A stretch of DNA of 64,000 nucleotides from Octopus sinensis (GCF_006345805.1 NC_042999.1:89528001-89592000), one strand, 5' to 3'. Counted from the stretch's first letter, positions 38,046 through 50,319 are shown. The notes: generated by a model from the sequence alone, not told the origin. A program made the numbers and translations.

Positions 38046-39847
38046 CTATAAAAAAGAAATTATTACTTCAACAACTAAATCCTATCAAACAAGACAATAA
38101 TCTTGTGTCAGTTGAATCAGCTTTGAGAGACACGTTTTTGCTTTATTTAAATTACTGTCTTCATGTATATGACTACAAATAAATCTAATCAAGAACATGT
38201 ATAATATATCATATTGCTTTCATAATACATTTATTACCAAATATAATGAATGGTTTCGAGTTGAACACTTTTCATTACAAATCAGTTCAATCAGAGCTGG
38301 CCTAACTAAACAAGAACAAATTTGTATCATTACAATGTAAAGCAAAACCAAATTAACTATAGCATGACCTGAAATGAAAACAGTTTGTCAACAATCTATC
38401 AGTTAGTAGTTTCCAGTTTTAACTCTAATTATTCTAATGCATAGCTGGATTGATCTGCCAAATAGTCTCTCTTTCCAGAATTGATATGAGAATGTGTTTA
38501 CAGTATAACAACCACTTCAACATGGGAAACCAAATCTTCAAAACTAATGTCACTGTTTATAAAACAAGGATTAGATTTTTGAAATCTTAAGTCTTAGGAA
38601 TGAAAACTGCTACAAGAAGTAAAGGTTAATTTTAAGTAGAAGGGCGATCTATCACAAGTCCTCTTCCTATGCAAGTAAAATTTAATGTAGTCATTTAATA
38701 AATTCATGACGTTCCACGTCACGAAATATAAGGGGGATAACTAGCTAAATATTTTTATGTTTTTGGCCAGCAAATATCTTCAATGATTAGCCAAAGGTAA
38801 ATGGTTTAAACTCAAAGGGCAAATATTTCATAGCTGGATACCCTTTCTTAATACCAAATCATTCAACTCTGAAGTAAAAGAAGGTACATATTTTAAACAA
38901 ATAAGGCTGAAGCAATGGAAAATGGTATACCATACCTAAAGACGTAATGCCATGTCAACAACAAGATTCTAATTTAGTGACCATATCACTTCATGCTAGT
39001 ACTTAACTGGTTATGTTCATTTACAAAATCGTGACATGATTATCCTGTTGACTCCATCAAACCAACAATAGCAACAACTCATTAGGGAGCCTGTGCATGA
39101 TTTGCTAAATATGTCTGTAACTTTTTTGATTAGCGCAGGGCTGTTAGTGCCAAACTCTATAAACTCTGTCTGTATTAAAGCTGCCAGGAACTTGACCAAT
39201 TTTAGATGCAAGGCAACGAAACCGTTCCTTGCCTGTGCTGATCTATGAGCTAATATCGAATGGCCATTATCGTGTGCAGGGTAGTTGCAGCTTCCAATCG
39301 ATTCTATCTTGAAGGGTAACTCACTGCCTTCCTTTGGCAAGGAGGAGTATGTTGTCTTCCTCTACTTGGTGGTCATTGTGAAGGAAGTTGTGTGTGGACG
39401 CAACAGTTCATAGGTTATACGTGTGTGTATGTGTACGTGTGGGGGAGGGGCTATGGTAGAAGAGACATGCCCCAGAAGCTGAGCAATGGAACTACACTCT
39501 GAGATCCATGGTAGCGAAGTGAACAGCTTAACTACGCAGCTGTAAATGAACCTATTTGGGTGGAACTTATTTTATCAAACCCCGAACTATGACAAAACAC
39601 AGCTGTCCCTGGCAGAAATTGAACATAGATCTTTAAGGGACATAACTAAATTCTAAAAATACTTTGTCCAACATCAGGGATAAACAATAACGACCATGCA
39701 GTCAGAATGTATAACTAATGTCTTATAGTTGATACAATTCAAAAAGCACCTTATGTATGTGTCCCAATGTGTGTTTTATGTCCTATATTATGTATTTGTA
39801 AGTATAAAGTGGTATAAGAAGGTTCCTAGGCCAAATTTTCAACTCAC

Positions 39848-40054
39848 CTTGACTGGTTTGAATAAAATGTATTCAGTATCCTTATTGGCCAGATAGAGGG
39901 ACATGCTTCTCTGTACAAGAGGTAGTCGAGATTTTAAATTTTTGTAACTCTCTGCTACAGTATCATGTAGTTTTTCCGGAGTAGCAAATGGCTGATTGCG
40001 CAAAGATACTTTCTGCACCCCTTCTTCTTTCTTCATGTCAGTAATAACAGTAGC
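39848..40054 (-). CDS. COG3: COG3 exon (ATVITDMKKEEG...SMSLYLANKDTEYILFKPVK)
   Basis: 207 nt, phase 0-0; acceptor ttgtag; donor GTGAGT. Confidence 0.93.
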
Positions 40055-40332
40055 CTACAATAAAACACAATAAAAAAAAATAAACAACAATAATTCTTTC
40101 TACTGTAGGCACAAGGCCTGAAATTTTGTGGGAGGAGGTAAGTTGACCACATCGACCCAGTACTTGGCTGGTACTTAATTTATCAACCCCAAAAGGATGA
40201 AAGGCAAAGTTGACCTTGGCAAAATTTGAATTCAGAATGTGAAGACAGATGAAATACCACTAAGCATTTTTCCCAGCATGCTAATGATTCTGCCAGCTCG
40301 CTCCCTTAATAATAATACAAATACAACATAGC

Positions 40333-40693
40333 ATGTCTTGGCGACAACAACATCAAAGAGAAAGAAGAAAACTGAAAAACTATGATGATGTGAAGTGGAA
40401 AATATGCAGGCTGTGGGGAATAATGAGAGTGGATGTGATAGCAGTAGTAATTGGTGAGCTTAGAAGCATCAGAACTCAACTACCAACATGGCTCAAAATG
40501 GTTAGTACAAATGTCAAGATAGAATACCTACAAAAATCATCACTGCTTGAAATTGCAAGAGTTCTCTGCAGAGTTCTTTAAGCATGATCAGTAATCCTTG
40601 GTTTACTGGCTGTGAACAGCTGACATTTTCCAGCATACCCAGCAAAATAAGCTGAGAGTTTTCATAAAATAATAATAATAATAATAATAATAA
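40333..40693 (+). mobile_element. Short 3' fragment of a second R4/Dong-like element with a TAA tail
   Basis: KLKNYDDVKWKICRLW..VIAVVIGEL..LQKSSLLEIARVLCRVL* matches the RLE C-terminus; ends in (TAA)n. Confidence 0.7.
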
Positions 40694-41195
40694 TCCTTCG
40701 TACTATAGGTACAAGGCCTGGGTTTTTTGTGGGGAGAGAGACAATCGATCATATTGAACCCAATACTCAACTGGTAATTAATTTATCGACCCTAAAAGAA
40801 TGAAAGGTAAAGAGACTGGCAGCATTTGAACTCAGAATGTAAAGATTGATGAAATGCTGCCAAGTATTTTGTCTAGTGTGCTACCAATTCTGCTAGCTCA
40901 CCACCTTAATATTAAGAATGACAACAGCAGCAGTCACCACTGAAGCTGATGCCAATGCTACATTAACATTTTAACTTCTATTTTTCCAAGGTTGCATAGG
41001 TTAGACAAGACAATGCAAAAACAGAATTTCCCATGCTCCTCTCCCACTGTCTATTAAACAACATACAGTCTAGATGTGCTTTTGCAGTTGATTGCAGATA
41101 AACAACACCGTTTGTATGAACAGCAAGGCTCTTATTTACAACCAGCATGCATATATGCATGCATATGAACAGGAAACATAAATTCACTCACACTC

Positions 41196-41236
<41 letters not shown>

Positions 41237-41572
41237 ATGTCATCACTATTATCCTCATACTTTAACATTCATATTCCAGGCTGGCATGGTTTGGACAGCC
41301 TGACAGGATCTGAAGAGTTGTAGAACTGTCATGCTTCAATATCTATTTTGGCATGATTTCTATAGATGGATGCCCTTCTTAATGCCAACCACTTTACACA
41401 AAGTACAGGGTGCATAGTTCTAGTAAACTAGTTTTGGAACAAGTTTATATCAAAGGCTTCTTCCTACAGAAATCTTTTCCCCAATCCATAATGATTGCAC
41501 AAAGACACCAATATATATAAAAGACAATTTCAAGATTATCATTGCTGAGATAAATTAAAAAGATAAGTTTAC

Positions 41573-41707
41573 CTTTGATAAAAATGATTTTAATGGTTCA
41601 GTGAAATACTCTGAGATATGATGTATGAACTCTTCACAATTCTTCTTCAGTTCACTATCTACATCTTTCTTAGAATCAACAAAGTGTTCTGTTACTTGTG
41701 GTGTTCC
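41573..41707 (-). CDS. COG3: COG3 exon (GTPQVTEHFVDSKKDVDSELKKNCEEFIHHISEYFTEPLKSFLSK)
   Basis: 135 nt, phase 0-0; GT-AG boundaries; DSKKDVD motif. Confidence 0.92.
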
Positions 41708-43210
41708 CTATATTTTAAGACACATAAGAAAAAAATAACCACAAAGAGACAAAGAGAGTTACAGTAAAAGAAAGTTTAAAAAAATAGCACTTAAATAAAA
41801 ATAATTTTGTATAATATTTAGATACTTGTGCCTGAATTAAAAATAGGAAGGTCAAAGCCGCTACAATTTTGATCCTGGGACTTCTTGATCAGGACTAACT
41901 AAATAAATTTGGATAAATTTAGGCACTTCATATTGACTGCAATTTGTATTGGTTGGTTTTTAGCTAGAACCCATTAACAAGTAGCTCTACCAGAAAAATG
42001 TCTTTCCAAATATAATGAAAAGCTTTTCTAATTTTAAGGGTAACATCTTTCTTTACATTTGAAGAATTATGAGAAAATGGACTACTAAATTTGAAGCAAA
42101 GTTAAATGTAATATATTGCGAGTTGTTAACTAGGTGCACAACATAATTGTGGTCAAAAAGTTTGCTTTGCAATGGCATGGTTCAGGTTTTGATTCCACCA
42201 CATGTTACTTATGTATGTGTCTTCTACTACAGCCTAGGGTCAACCAAAACCATGTGAGTGAAACTGGGAGGATGAGAATCTAGAGAACTCTATCAGATGA
42301 ACAGTACCTACTTTGGGATGGGAAACCCAACCTGATATCTGGTTCAAAAGCAGTGTTTGGACCAGCTCTCCAAACTTAATGCATAAAGATCTAGCTCCTT
42401 TTCTTCTACCAGTCTCATAGGTCCTGCAAAAAGATTATGGGCACTACCTTTCCACCTCTAATCATAATTTTTAGTTTTTAATTCCATAATATATCTAAGT
42501 AAAATATATGACAGGTGTTGATAAAGTAAAATATTTGAATCTATAAAAATACCTACAACAAATATTTGTACAAAGAGATAAATCTGAAAACTCTATAAAG
42601 CCAATGAACAAAATATCTTCTGATTATAAAGAAAACATGTATGACAAAACTCTAAAGTAGCACTGTCACTGTACAGAGAGAAAAAAAGTAGTTATTATTG
42701 AAGATTTCTTAGATGCAATGGATAACCATGTATTCTGCAATAGTACATACATTTTTAAAATTTGACATTTTTATACCACATCTATGATAATAGTCAAGCA
42801 ATCAGATAATGATTATTTCAATTTGGTCCACCTCTATAGGTTTTGTATATTACTGCTAAGTGTTGTAGGCTCAGTTATCCTTATTTTGTTTAGTCCACTT
42901 GTCAATGAGATTTACCAAAGCATATTCTCTAATTCAAACAGATCCTAGAATACAGAAAACTGTACATTACGTGAAGATTAATGGTTCAGATCACCTACAT
43001 GATAATTGTTTATAGAGAGAACCTATCTGTCTCATGAGTTAAACAAACCCTAACACACACACACAATTCATATCAAAGAATATATTCCCACCTCAGTTCA
43101 AGATATTTTGGCATGAAATGTAAAGTCTTAAAAATTATCAAATGACAATCCTAAAATCATATATACATTTATTAGAAGGCTAAATATGATGGAAATAATA
43201 TGTACTTTAC

Positions 43211-43293
43211 CTCTAAAATAAACTGGAGCAAAGCATTGTTACTGTTTAAAACAAAGAGCTGAGATTTCTTTGAAAATAAGCCATAGGCAGCAT
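43211..43293 (-). CDS. COG3: COG3 exon (YAAYGLFSKKSQLFVLNSNNALLQFILE)
   Basis: Minus-strand acceptor tttcag; donor GTAAAG; phase 1 to 0. Confidence 0.9.
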
Positions 43294-43699
43294 CTGAAAG
43301 TCAAAGACAATGTGTACAATTAATTTAAACCTCAGTCTGTAAACATGTTTCAGAAAGTATACCATAATTATATCTCATCAGTATTTTCTCAATATCTAAC
43401 AGAAGCTTTTGTTTCAAACCAAGTTAAATTAGTCTAAGACTACATTACATTAAACCACAATGAAAATAATAGAGGGCATCACAATGTACACTGTAATAAA
43501 TGTAATTAGTGTCAGAAAGAACTTTGGATATTAAACACCAAACTCAAAAACAATTCACAAACAACCAATAACCAAAGGACTACAATCTCAGTTCTTGTTA
43601 ACACCATCAACAGTTTCAATACCATTAAGTTAGTTTACTTTTCCATCCAGGTATAAACAACTCATGGAATCTTATCTGATAAGATAATCATATTCCACT

Positions 43700-44020
43700 G
43701 CACGCATCCGTCAGCATAAATGATGGAGTACAAATGAGCTGAAAGAAAAGCTGGGTACAAGGGAAATAGGCTGTTCCATGCAAGACAGAAAGACATGATG
43801 CATCTGGAGGATGGCAATTGGGTAAAGTAGTGACATGCAATCCAAGTGGAGGCAACCTGCAAAAACGGAAGATCAAGAAGGATATGAGAAATGATGAGGG
43901 CTGATTTCACAATGTGAAGCCTCACAAAGGAAATGACAAGGAACTACACCAAAAGGAAAGTTGTTGCGTTAGTGAAGACTCATCTTACACATGCAAGCAT
44001 GGAGAAAATTCCTGTAGAAT
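43700..44020 (+). mobile_element. Old degraded RTE LINE C-terminal fragment
   Basis: Frameshifted resemblance to the RTE terminal RGRPRKTW..VR.DL..LT.EMT segment. Confidence 0.45.
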
Positions 44021-44870
44021 GATAATAATGATGACAAATATAGCAACAAAAGACAGACAATAAAAAACTGGCAAAAATTAAACAAAATGTAATAACAGAA
44101 TAAGAGAATGTGAACACATCTCATAAATGCATTCGTGTTTGCTCATTTATGGTCATCAAGACTGAAACTTTTACATAGGGAATGTATGTTTAATAGAAGT
44201 CAGAAGACATATTTATGTAACTGTGAAGTGCATCTATGGAACTAAAATTGTAATAAACTGTATATGTAATTAAATCATCTGCAAGCAACATTCACTGCAA
44301 TATATATATATTTAGGACATTAGGGAAAAGGTTGTTGCTCAGATGTGCAACACCTTTTTCCAAAATAACCCCAAAATATAGAGATACAAGATAAAATTGC
44401 AACTTGGTTTTGTTTTCTTTTCCTTTTGTAGTTTACTTTATACCTTCTCTTATTATTCTGGCCTTACATAACAAATCTCTTTAAACACACATACACACAC
44501 ACACACACACACATGCGCATGCACACACACATAAATATATGATGAACTCTCCCACTGAAGACGACATATGAGCCTTCAGCTTTTGTTGATTCATTTATAG
44601 TGATCAAATGTTTGTGCCACACATTATCTCACTCTCTTCATCAAATCAATATTGTCTGAATAGGGGCAAAAGTGATCACAGAGCAACGTGAGATGAAGTG
44701 CTTTACACAAAAACAAAATGCACCAGCCAGTTTAGGAACTGAAACCACATTCTCACGATTGTGCAATACCCTAACCACTAGGCCATATATACATATGGTA
44801 CTCTTGTATGGTCATAGCCTTACAGTAAGAACATGTAAAAGAATAGAATATATATATATATATATATATA

Positions 44871-47780
44871 GTGACTTTAGGATCAGGACTAGGAGGACAA
44901 CCAGAAGACGACAAATATGGAGAAGAAGGATCTGGAAGCTTAAAGATCCTGCAAATGGACAGAGATTTAGGGACATATTACTTGAAGCCTCTGACGAAGT
45001 AGAAGGGGATAGAGCATCACAGGGGGTAGAAGACAGCTGGACGTTTCTAAGGGACAACCTGCTGAGAGCCACTGACCAGATCTGTGGCTGGTGCAAAGTC
45101 CCCTCTCGACCTAGAATAACGTGGTGGTGGAACAATATTGTAGACAGGGCTATTAGAGAAAAGAGACAGGCTTGGAAGGTCTGGAAAAATGGGGGTAGCA
45201 GGGAATTGTATCAGACTGCCAAAAGAGAAGCTAGGAGACAGGTTTATTTAGCCAGAGGGGAAGCAGATAAGAAAAAATTTGCCAATGTTCTGCGCCGTGA
45301 GGACCAAAGACTGGAGGTGTTTCGTGTTGCAAGACAGTGTTTGAGAGAGAATCGTGATGTGGTAGGAGAGAAGTGTGTTCGCATGGAAGATGGTTCACTT
45401 GCGCTAAATGAGGATGCAAAGAGAGAGGTTTGGAGATGCCACTATGAAAGGTTGCTGAATGAAGAAAATGAATGGGATAAAGAGAGTCTGCCGAATGTTG
45501 ACCCAACAGAGGGACCAGCTATCCGAGTTGATAGTTCTGTGGTAGCTAAGGCAATTAGAAGCATGAAGACAGGGAAAGCCCCAGGCCCATCAGGAATCAC
45601 TGCAGAGATGCTCAAAATGTCTGGTAGTGTCGGCTATAGCCTAGTCACCCATATAGTTAATCAGGTGATACACAAAGGGGTCATACCCAATGACTGGTGT
45701 AGCAGTATAATAGTCAACTGCTACAAAGGTAAAGGTGATGCCCTAGATACAAATAACTACAGAGGTATCAAGCTGGTGGACCAGGTGATGAAGGTTACGG
45801 AGAGGGTCATAGCCCAACTAATTAGAGAGAGAGTTAGTTTAGATGAGATGCAGTTTGGGTTTGTGCCAGGGAAAAGTACTACTGATGCTATATTCCTGGT
45901 AAGGCAGCTGCAGGAGAAATACCTAGCCAAAGATAAGCCCCTGTACCTGGCTTTTGTTGACATGGAGAAAGCCTTCGACAGGGTCCCCCGATCCCTTATC
46001 TGGTGGGCAATGAGAAAACTAGGGATAGATGAATGGTTAGTGAGAGCTGTGCGGGCCATGTATAGGGACGCCGCTAGTAGGGTGAGGGTTGGAAATGAGT
46101 ACAGTGAAGAATTCCGGGTAGAGGTAGGGGTCCACCAAGGCTCAGTACTCAGCCCCCTCCTATTTATCATAGTCCTCCAGGCAATAACGGAGGAATTCAA
46201 GACAGGATGCCCTTGGGAGCTCCTCTATGCTGATGACCTTGCTCTAATTGCTGAGTCGCTATCAGAACTGGAGGAGAAGTTTCAGGTGTGGAAACAAGGA
46301 TTAGAATCGAAGGGCCTCAGAGTCAATCTAGCTAAAACCAAAGTCGTAATCAGTAGGAAGGTAGACAAATCACAAACACCTTCAGGTAGATGGCCCTGCT
46401 CGATCTGTAGAAAAGGTGTAGGTAGAAACTCTATAAGATGCACCAAGTGTAAGCTATGGACACATAAGAGATGCAGCAATGTCAAAGGAAGGCTAACTAG
46501 GAAGATGGTTTTTGTATGTGGCAGATGCTCAGGAACAATAAACACTGAAAATGCTCTGAGACCAACTTCCGTCACTTTCCAGGGAGAAAAACTAGAAATA
46601 GTTGATAGTTTCCGTTACCTAGGTGACCAAGTCAGCAGCGGGGGTGGGTGTGCTGAAAGTGTAACTGCTAGAGTAAGAATAGCTTGGGCAAAGTTCAGAG
46701 AGCTCTTACCTCTGCTGGTGACAAAAGGCCTCTCGCACAGAGTGAAAGGCAGACTGTATGATGCGTGTGTACGAACAGCCATGCTACATGGCAGTGAAAC
46801 ATGGGCCGTGACTGCTGAGGATATGCGTAAGCTCGCTAGAAATGAAGCCAGTATGCTCCGATGGATGTGTAATGCCGGTACTCACACTCGGCAGAGTGTA
46901 AGTACCTTGAGAGAAAAGCTGGACCTAAGAAGCATCAGTTGTGGTGTGCAAGAGAGACGTTTGCGCTGGTATGGTCATGTGGCGAGAATGGATGAAGATA
47001 GTTGTGTGAAAAAGTGCCACACCCTAGCGGTTGAGGGAACCTGTGGAAGAGGCAGACCCAGGAAAACCTGGGACGAGGTGGTGAAGCACGACCTTCGAAC
47101 TTTAGGTCTCACTGAGGAAATGACTAGAGACCGAGACCTCTGGAAGTGTGCTGTGCGCGAGAAGACCCGGCAGGACAAGTGAGTCCACAACCCGTGGCCT
47201 TCTACATGGGATGGAGCCAGCCTACGTATGCATACCTTCCCTTCTTGGGACACAAAACTCTACTTGTGAAGACGTGTTGAGGCAAGTGAGGATCAGAATC
47301 GAAATCGATCAATGGAAATTGCGGATGTGCTACCAGTGCCGGTGGCATGTCGAAACTCTGCTTGTGAAGACCCATTGAGGCAAGTGAGGATCAGAATCGA
47401 AATCGATCAATGGAAATTGCAGATGTGTTACCAGTGCCGGTGGCATGTAAGAGAACTTTCCGTTTCGCGACCGTTGCCAGCACCGCCCCGTTTCGTGTCC
47501 GTTGCCAGCCTCGCCTGGCCCTCGTGCCGGTGGCACATAAAAAGCACCATCCGTTCGTGGCCGTTTGCCAGCTCTGTCTGGCACCAGTGCGGGTGGCACG
47601 TAAAAAGCACCCACTACACTCACGGAGTGGTTGGCGTTAGGAAGGGCATCCAGCCGTAGAAACACTGCCAGATTTGACTGGGCCTGATGAAGCCTTCTGG
47701 CTTCACAGACCCCAATAGAACCGTCCAACCCATGCTAGCATGGAAAACGGACGCTAAATGATGATGATGATGATGATGAT
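44871..47780 (+). mobile_element. 5'-truncated RTE-clade LINE with an uninterrupted RT ORF (about 770 codons, stop at 47182), a structured 3'UTR and a (GAT)n tail
   Basis: RT motifs KAPGPSGI, YRGIKL, QFGFVPGKST, FVDMEKAFDRV, GVHQGSVLSP, LLYADDL and FRYLG. PHD-like CSIC..CTKC..HKRC..CGRC insert; RGRPRKTW terminus. Confidence 0.95.
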
Positions 47781-48276
47781 ATATATATATATATATATTA
47801 CGGAGATGTACTTGCATAGCAAGTGACCTGATCAGAGATCCTGTGCTGTATATATGAAGTTTGGAGCCTGGTGCAGCCATCTGGTTCGCCAGTCCTCAGT
47901 CAAACCGTCCAACCCATGCCAGCATGGAAAGCGGACATTAAACGATGGTGATGATGATGATGATGAAGCTATATCCCTTAATTTGCTGATTTTCTTTACA
48001 TGAACAGAGAAGTTACATTGCCGAACTGTTATTTTAATGAGTTATATATATTTACCACCCAAAAAGACACATCTGTACTGTGAACCAGTTGTTAAGCATC
48101 CTACCCATGAGGGATCAATGCTAGATGGGTCAAAAAAATTGTAGTGATTAATAAAAATTCTCACATCTTCCATCTCTCATTAACCAAATATATATATATA
48201 TATTTAAATACACATACCTACATACATATATACACACACATACACACACACACACACACATATATATAAAGCATAT

Positions 48277-48416
48277 AGTATTTTGCATTTGGAATCAGTT
48301 CTCATCTCTAGCTGGTGATTGTCACATGCTGATGATGGGTTACTACTCAGAAACCCGGGTCCGTGTGTATCACATAAGGCTAGAGATGGGAACAATGATT
48401 CCCCTTCGCAAATACT
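48277..48416 (+). ncRNA. Type I hammerhead ribozyme (core 48323-48367) with a long extended stem I
   Basis: Sequence CACATG-CUGAUGA-UGGG(UUACUA)CUCA-GAAA-C(CCGG)G-UC|CGUGUG gives intact core boxes, a GUC cleavage triplet (cut after 48361), a 6-bp stem I, a 4-bp stem II and a palindromic stem III (ACCCGGGU). Stem I extends through further helices out to 48277/48416. Confidence 0.85.
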
Positions 48417-48599
48417 GATTGGATACAGACAGTGTGTCATTAGCCAACTGGAGGAGATGTCTTCCTAGGGCTATAAACAACAGTAGCATCATCCCATATG
48501 GGTCAGCCACATATAGGTGGCAAATATACTTCACAATGTCATGCTGCTACTGTTTACATCTCGATCAGAGACTTTTTATTGATATATATATATATATAA

Positions 48600-48885
48600 A
48601 AGACCCCCTTCGGTCATGAGTGACCATGGGTTTGCACCTAGAGAGTTACCCTCTGAGGCACAAGTCTGGGCAAGGTTGTTTTATGGAAGACCAGTAGTCG
48701 CCCATGCATACCGGCCTCCCCTCTCCACGCCACCAGTGTTATCCAAGGGAAAGACAAAGGTCGATACAGCTTGGCACCTGTGATGTCGCAACTCATTTCT
48801 ACAGCTGAGTGAACTGGAGCAACGTGAAATAAAGTGTCTTGCTCAAGAACACAACACGCAGCCCGGTCCGGGATTCGAGCTCACA
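48600..48885 (-). mobile_element. tRNA-derived SINE (family also at about 62203-62540)
   Basis: Minus-strand B box CTCGAATCCCGG followed by TTGAGCAAGACACTTTATTTCACGTTGCTCCAG; second near-colinear copy at 62.2-62.5 kb. Confidence 0.7.
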
Positions 48886-49374
48886 TATATATATATACAC
48901 ACAAACACATACACACACACACACACACTCGACTTATCCTACACCAAAATGATATTCACTCAGACTTTATTTGTAACATTAATTTTTAGAAGTCTACTAT
49001 TTCTGTGTATCATTTTCTTGATCACAAATCAAAGCTCCATATCATATGTATTATCTGTTTAGCTTATAACAGCTATATTGATTTATCAGCCAGTAGAGAA
49101 TGTAAATATACTGCTGTTAAATGTTATTTTTCAGTTTTCTTTAACATGGATTGAATTTGTAATTCCTCTGTGGTACTAAATAAGTTCATAGCTAATATAG
49201 TAATTCAAATTTAAAATAAGTATATTGATTTAAAATTGTATATTGATTCAGAATATAAAAAAAATCAAACATAGAAATTTTAAGTTTATATTTCAAGCTC
49301 AAATGTCAATAAATACTACAGCCAATGAGAGATAGAGAGAGACAGAGAGAGAGAGAGAGAGGGGGAGAGAGAGA

Positions 49375-49439
<65 letters not shown>

Positions 49440-50319
49440 GATGTTTAGATTTCAATAGCAAACTACTCATAAATCAGATTATAAAAACCACCGAACAAGC
49501 TGTTTTAAAATTTAAAGAAATACTTCAAAAACATACAAGATTTTATAAAAAAAAATAATACAATAAGTAATGACTTTTTAGATAGTAAATAGTAAAATAT
49601 TACAAGATATGTCCATCCGTTGATGTTTGTAAACATTAATGAAATGTTGAAATATTGTTGAATAATCACAACAGAAATTATTAAAAAGAAAAATTCATAG
49701 AGATATCATGATAATCATCATCATCCTCATTTAACAAGCATCTTCCATGCTGGCATGGGTTAGACGGTTAGACAACAGCTGGCAAGCCAGAGGACTGCAC
49801 CAAGCTCCAGTCTCTTTTGGCATGGATTTTACAGCTGGTGCTCTTCTTAATGCCAGTCACTTTACTGAGTGGACTGAGAGCAGTTTACTTAGCATCAGCA
49901 CTAGCAAGGTTTGGTTTGGCATGGTTTTCACAGATGGATGCCCTTTCTAATGCCAACCACTTAACAGAGTGAACTGGATGCTTTTAACATGGCATCAGCC
50001 CTAACAAAGGTCTGTTTGGCATGTTTTTACAGCAAGATGCCCTTCCTAATGCCAACCACTTCACTGAATGGACTGATGCTTTTATGAGAAAATGTATTTT
50101 TAGAAAATGCATAAGGATATTTTTGAAAAAATACGCCTAAAAGCGTATGAAAATAGAAATAATAATGTCATGACTTCTGAGATCAATATCACAAGTTTGA
50201 ACAATTTTAGGTAAAAAGAAAAACAGGCAAAATATGAGCAAGGAGGAAAACCTAGAGTTGCAGTTCTGGGAAAGAATGATTTGGAGATATTTTTCATTTT
50301 TTTAATGTGAAATTTAAAA

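Noticed and set aside
44323-44361. ~15-bp hairpin GGAAAAGGTTGTTGC/GCAACACCTTTTTCC
   Set aside because: It is short and isolated, with no Helitron CTRR end, TSD or other context to support a function.
44672-44870. N-terminal 66 residues of the 836-aa ORF
   Set aside because: They derive from a SINE remnant and (TA)n upstream of the LINE truncation point; the in-frame fusion is fortuitous.
47684-47707. CTGATGA-AGCC-TTCT-GGCT hammerhead-like start
   Set aside because: It is followed by TCAC rather than GAAA and has no stem III or cleavage triplet; it is an ordinary hairpin in the LINE tail.
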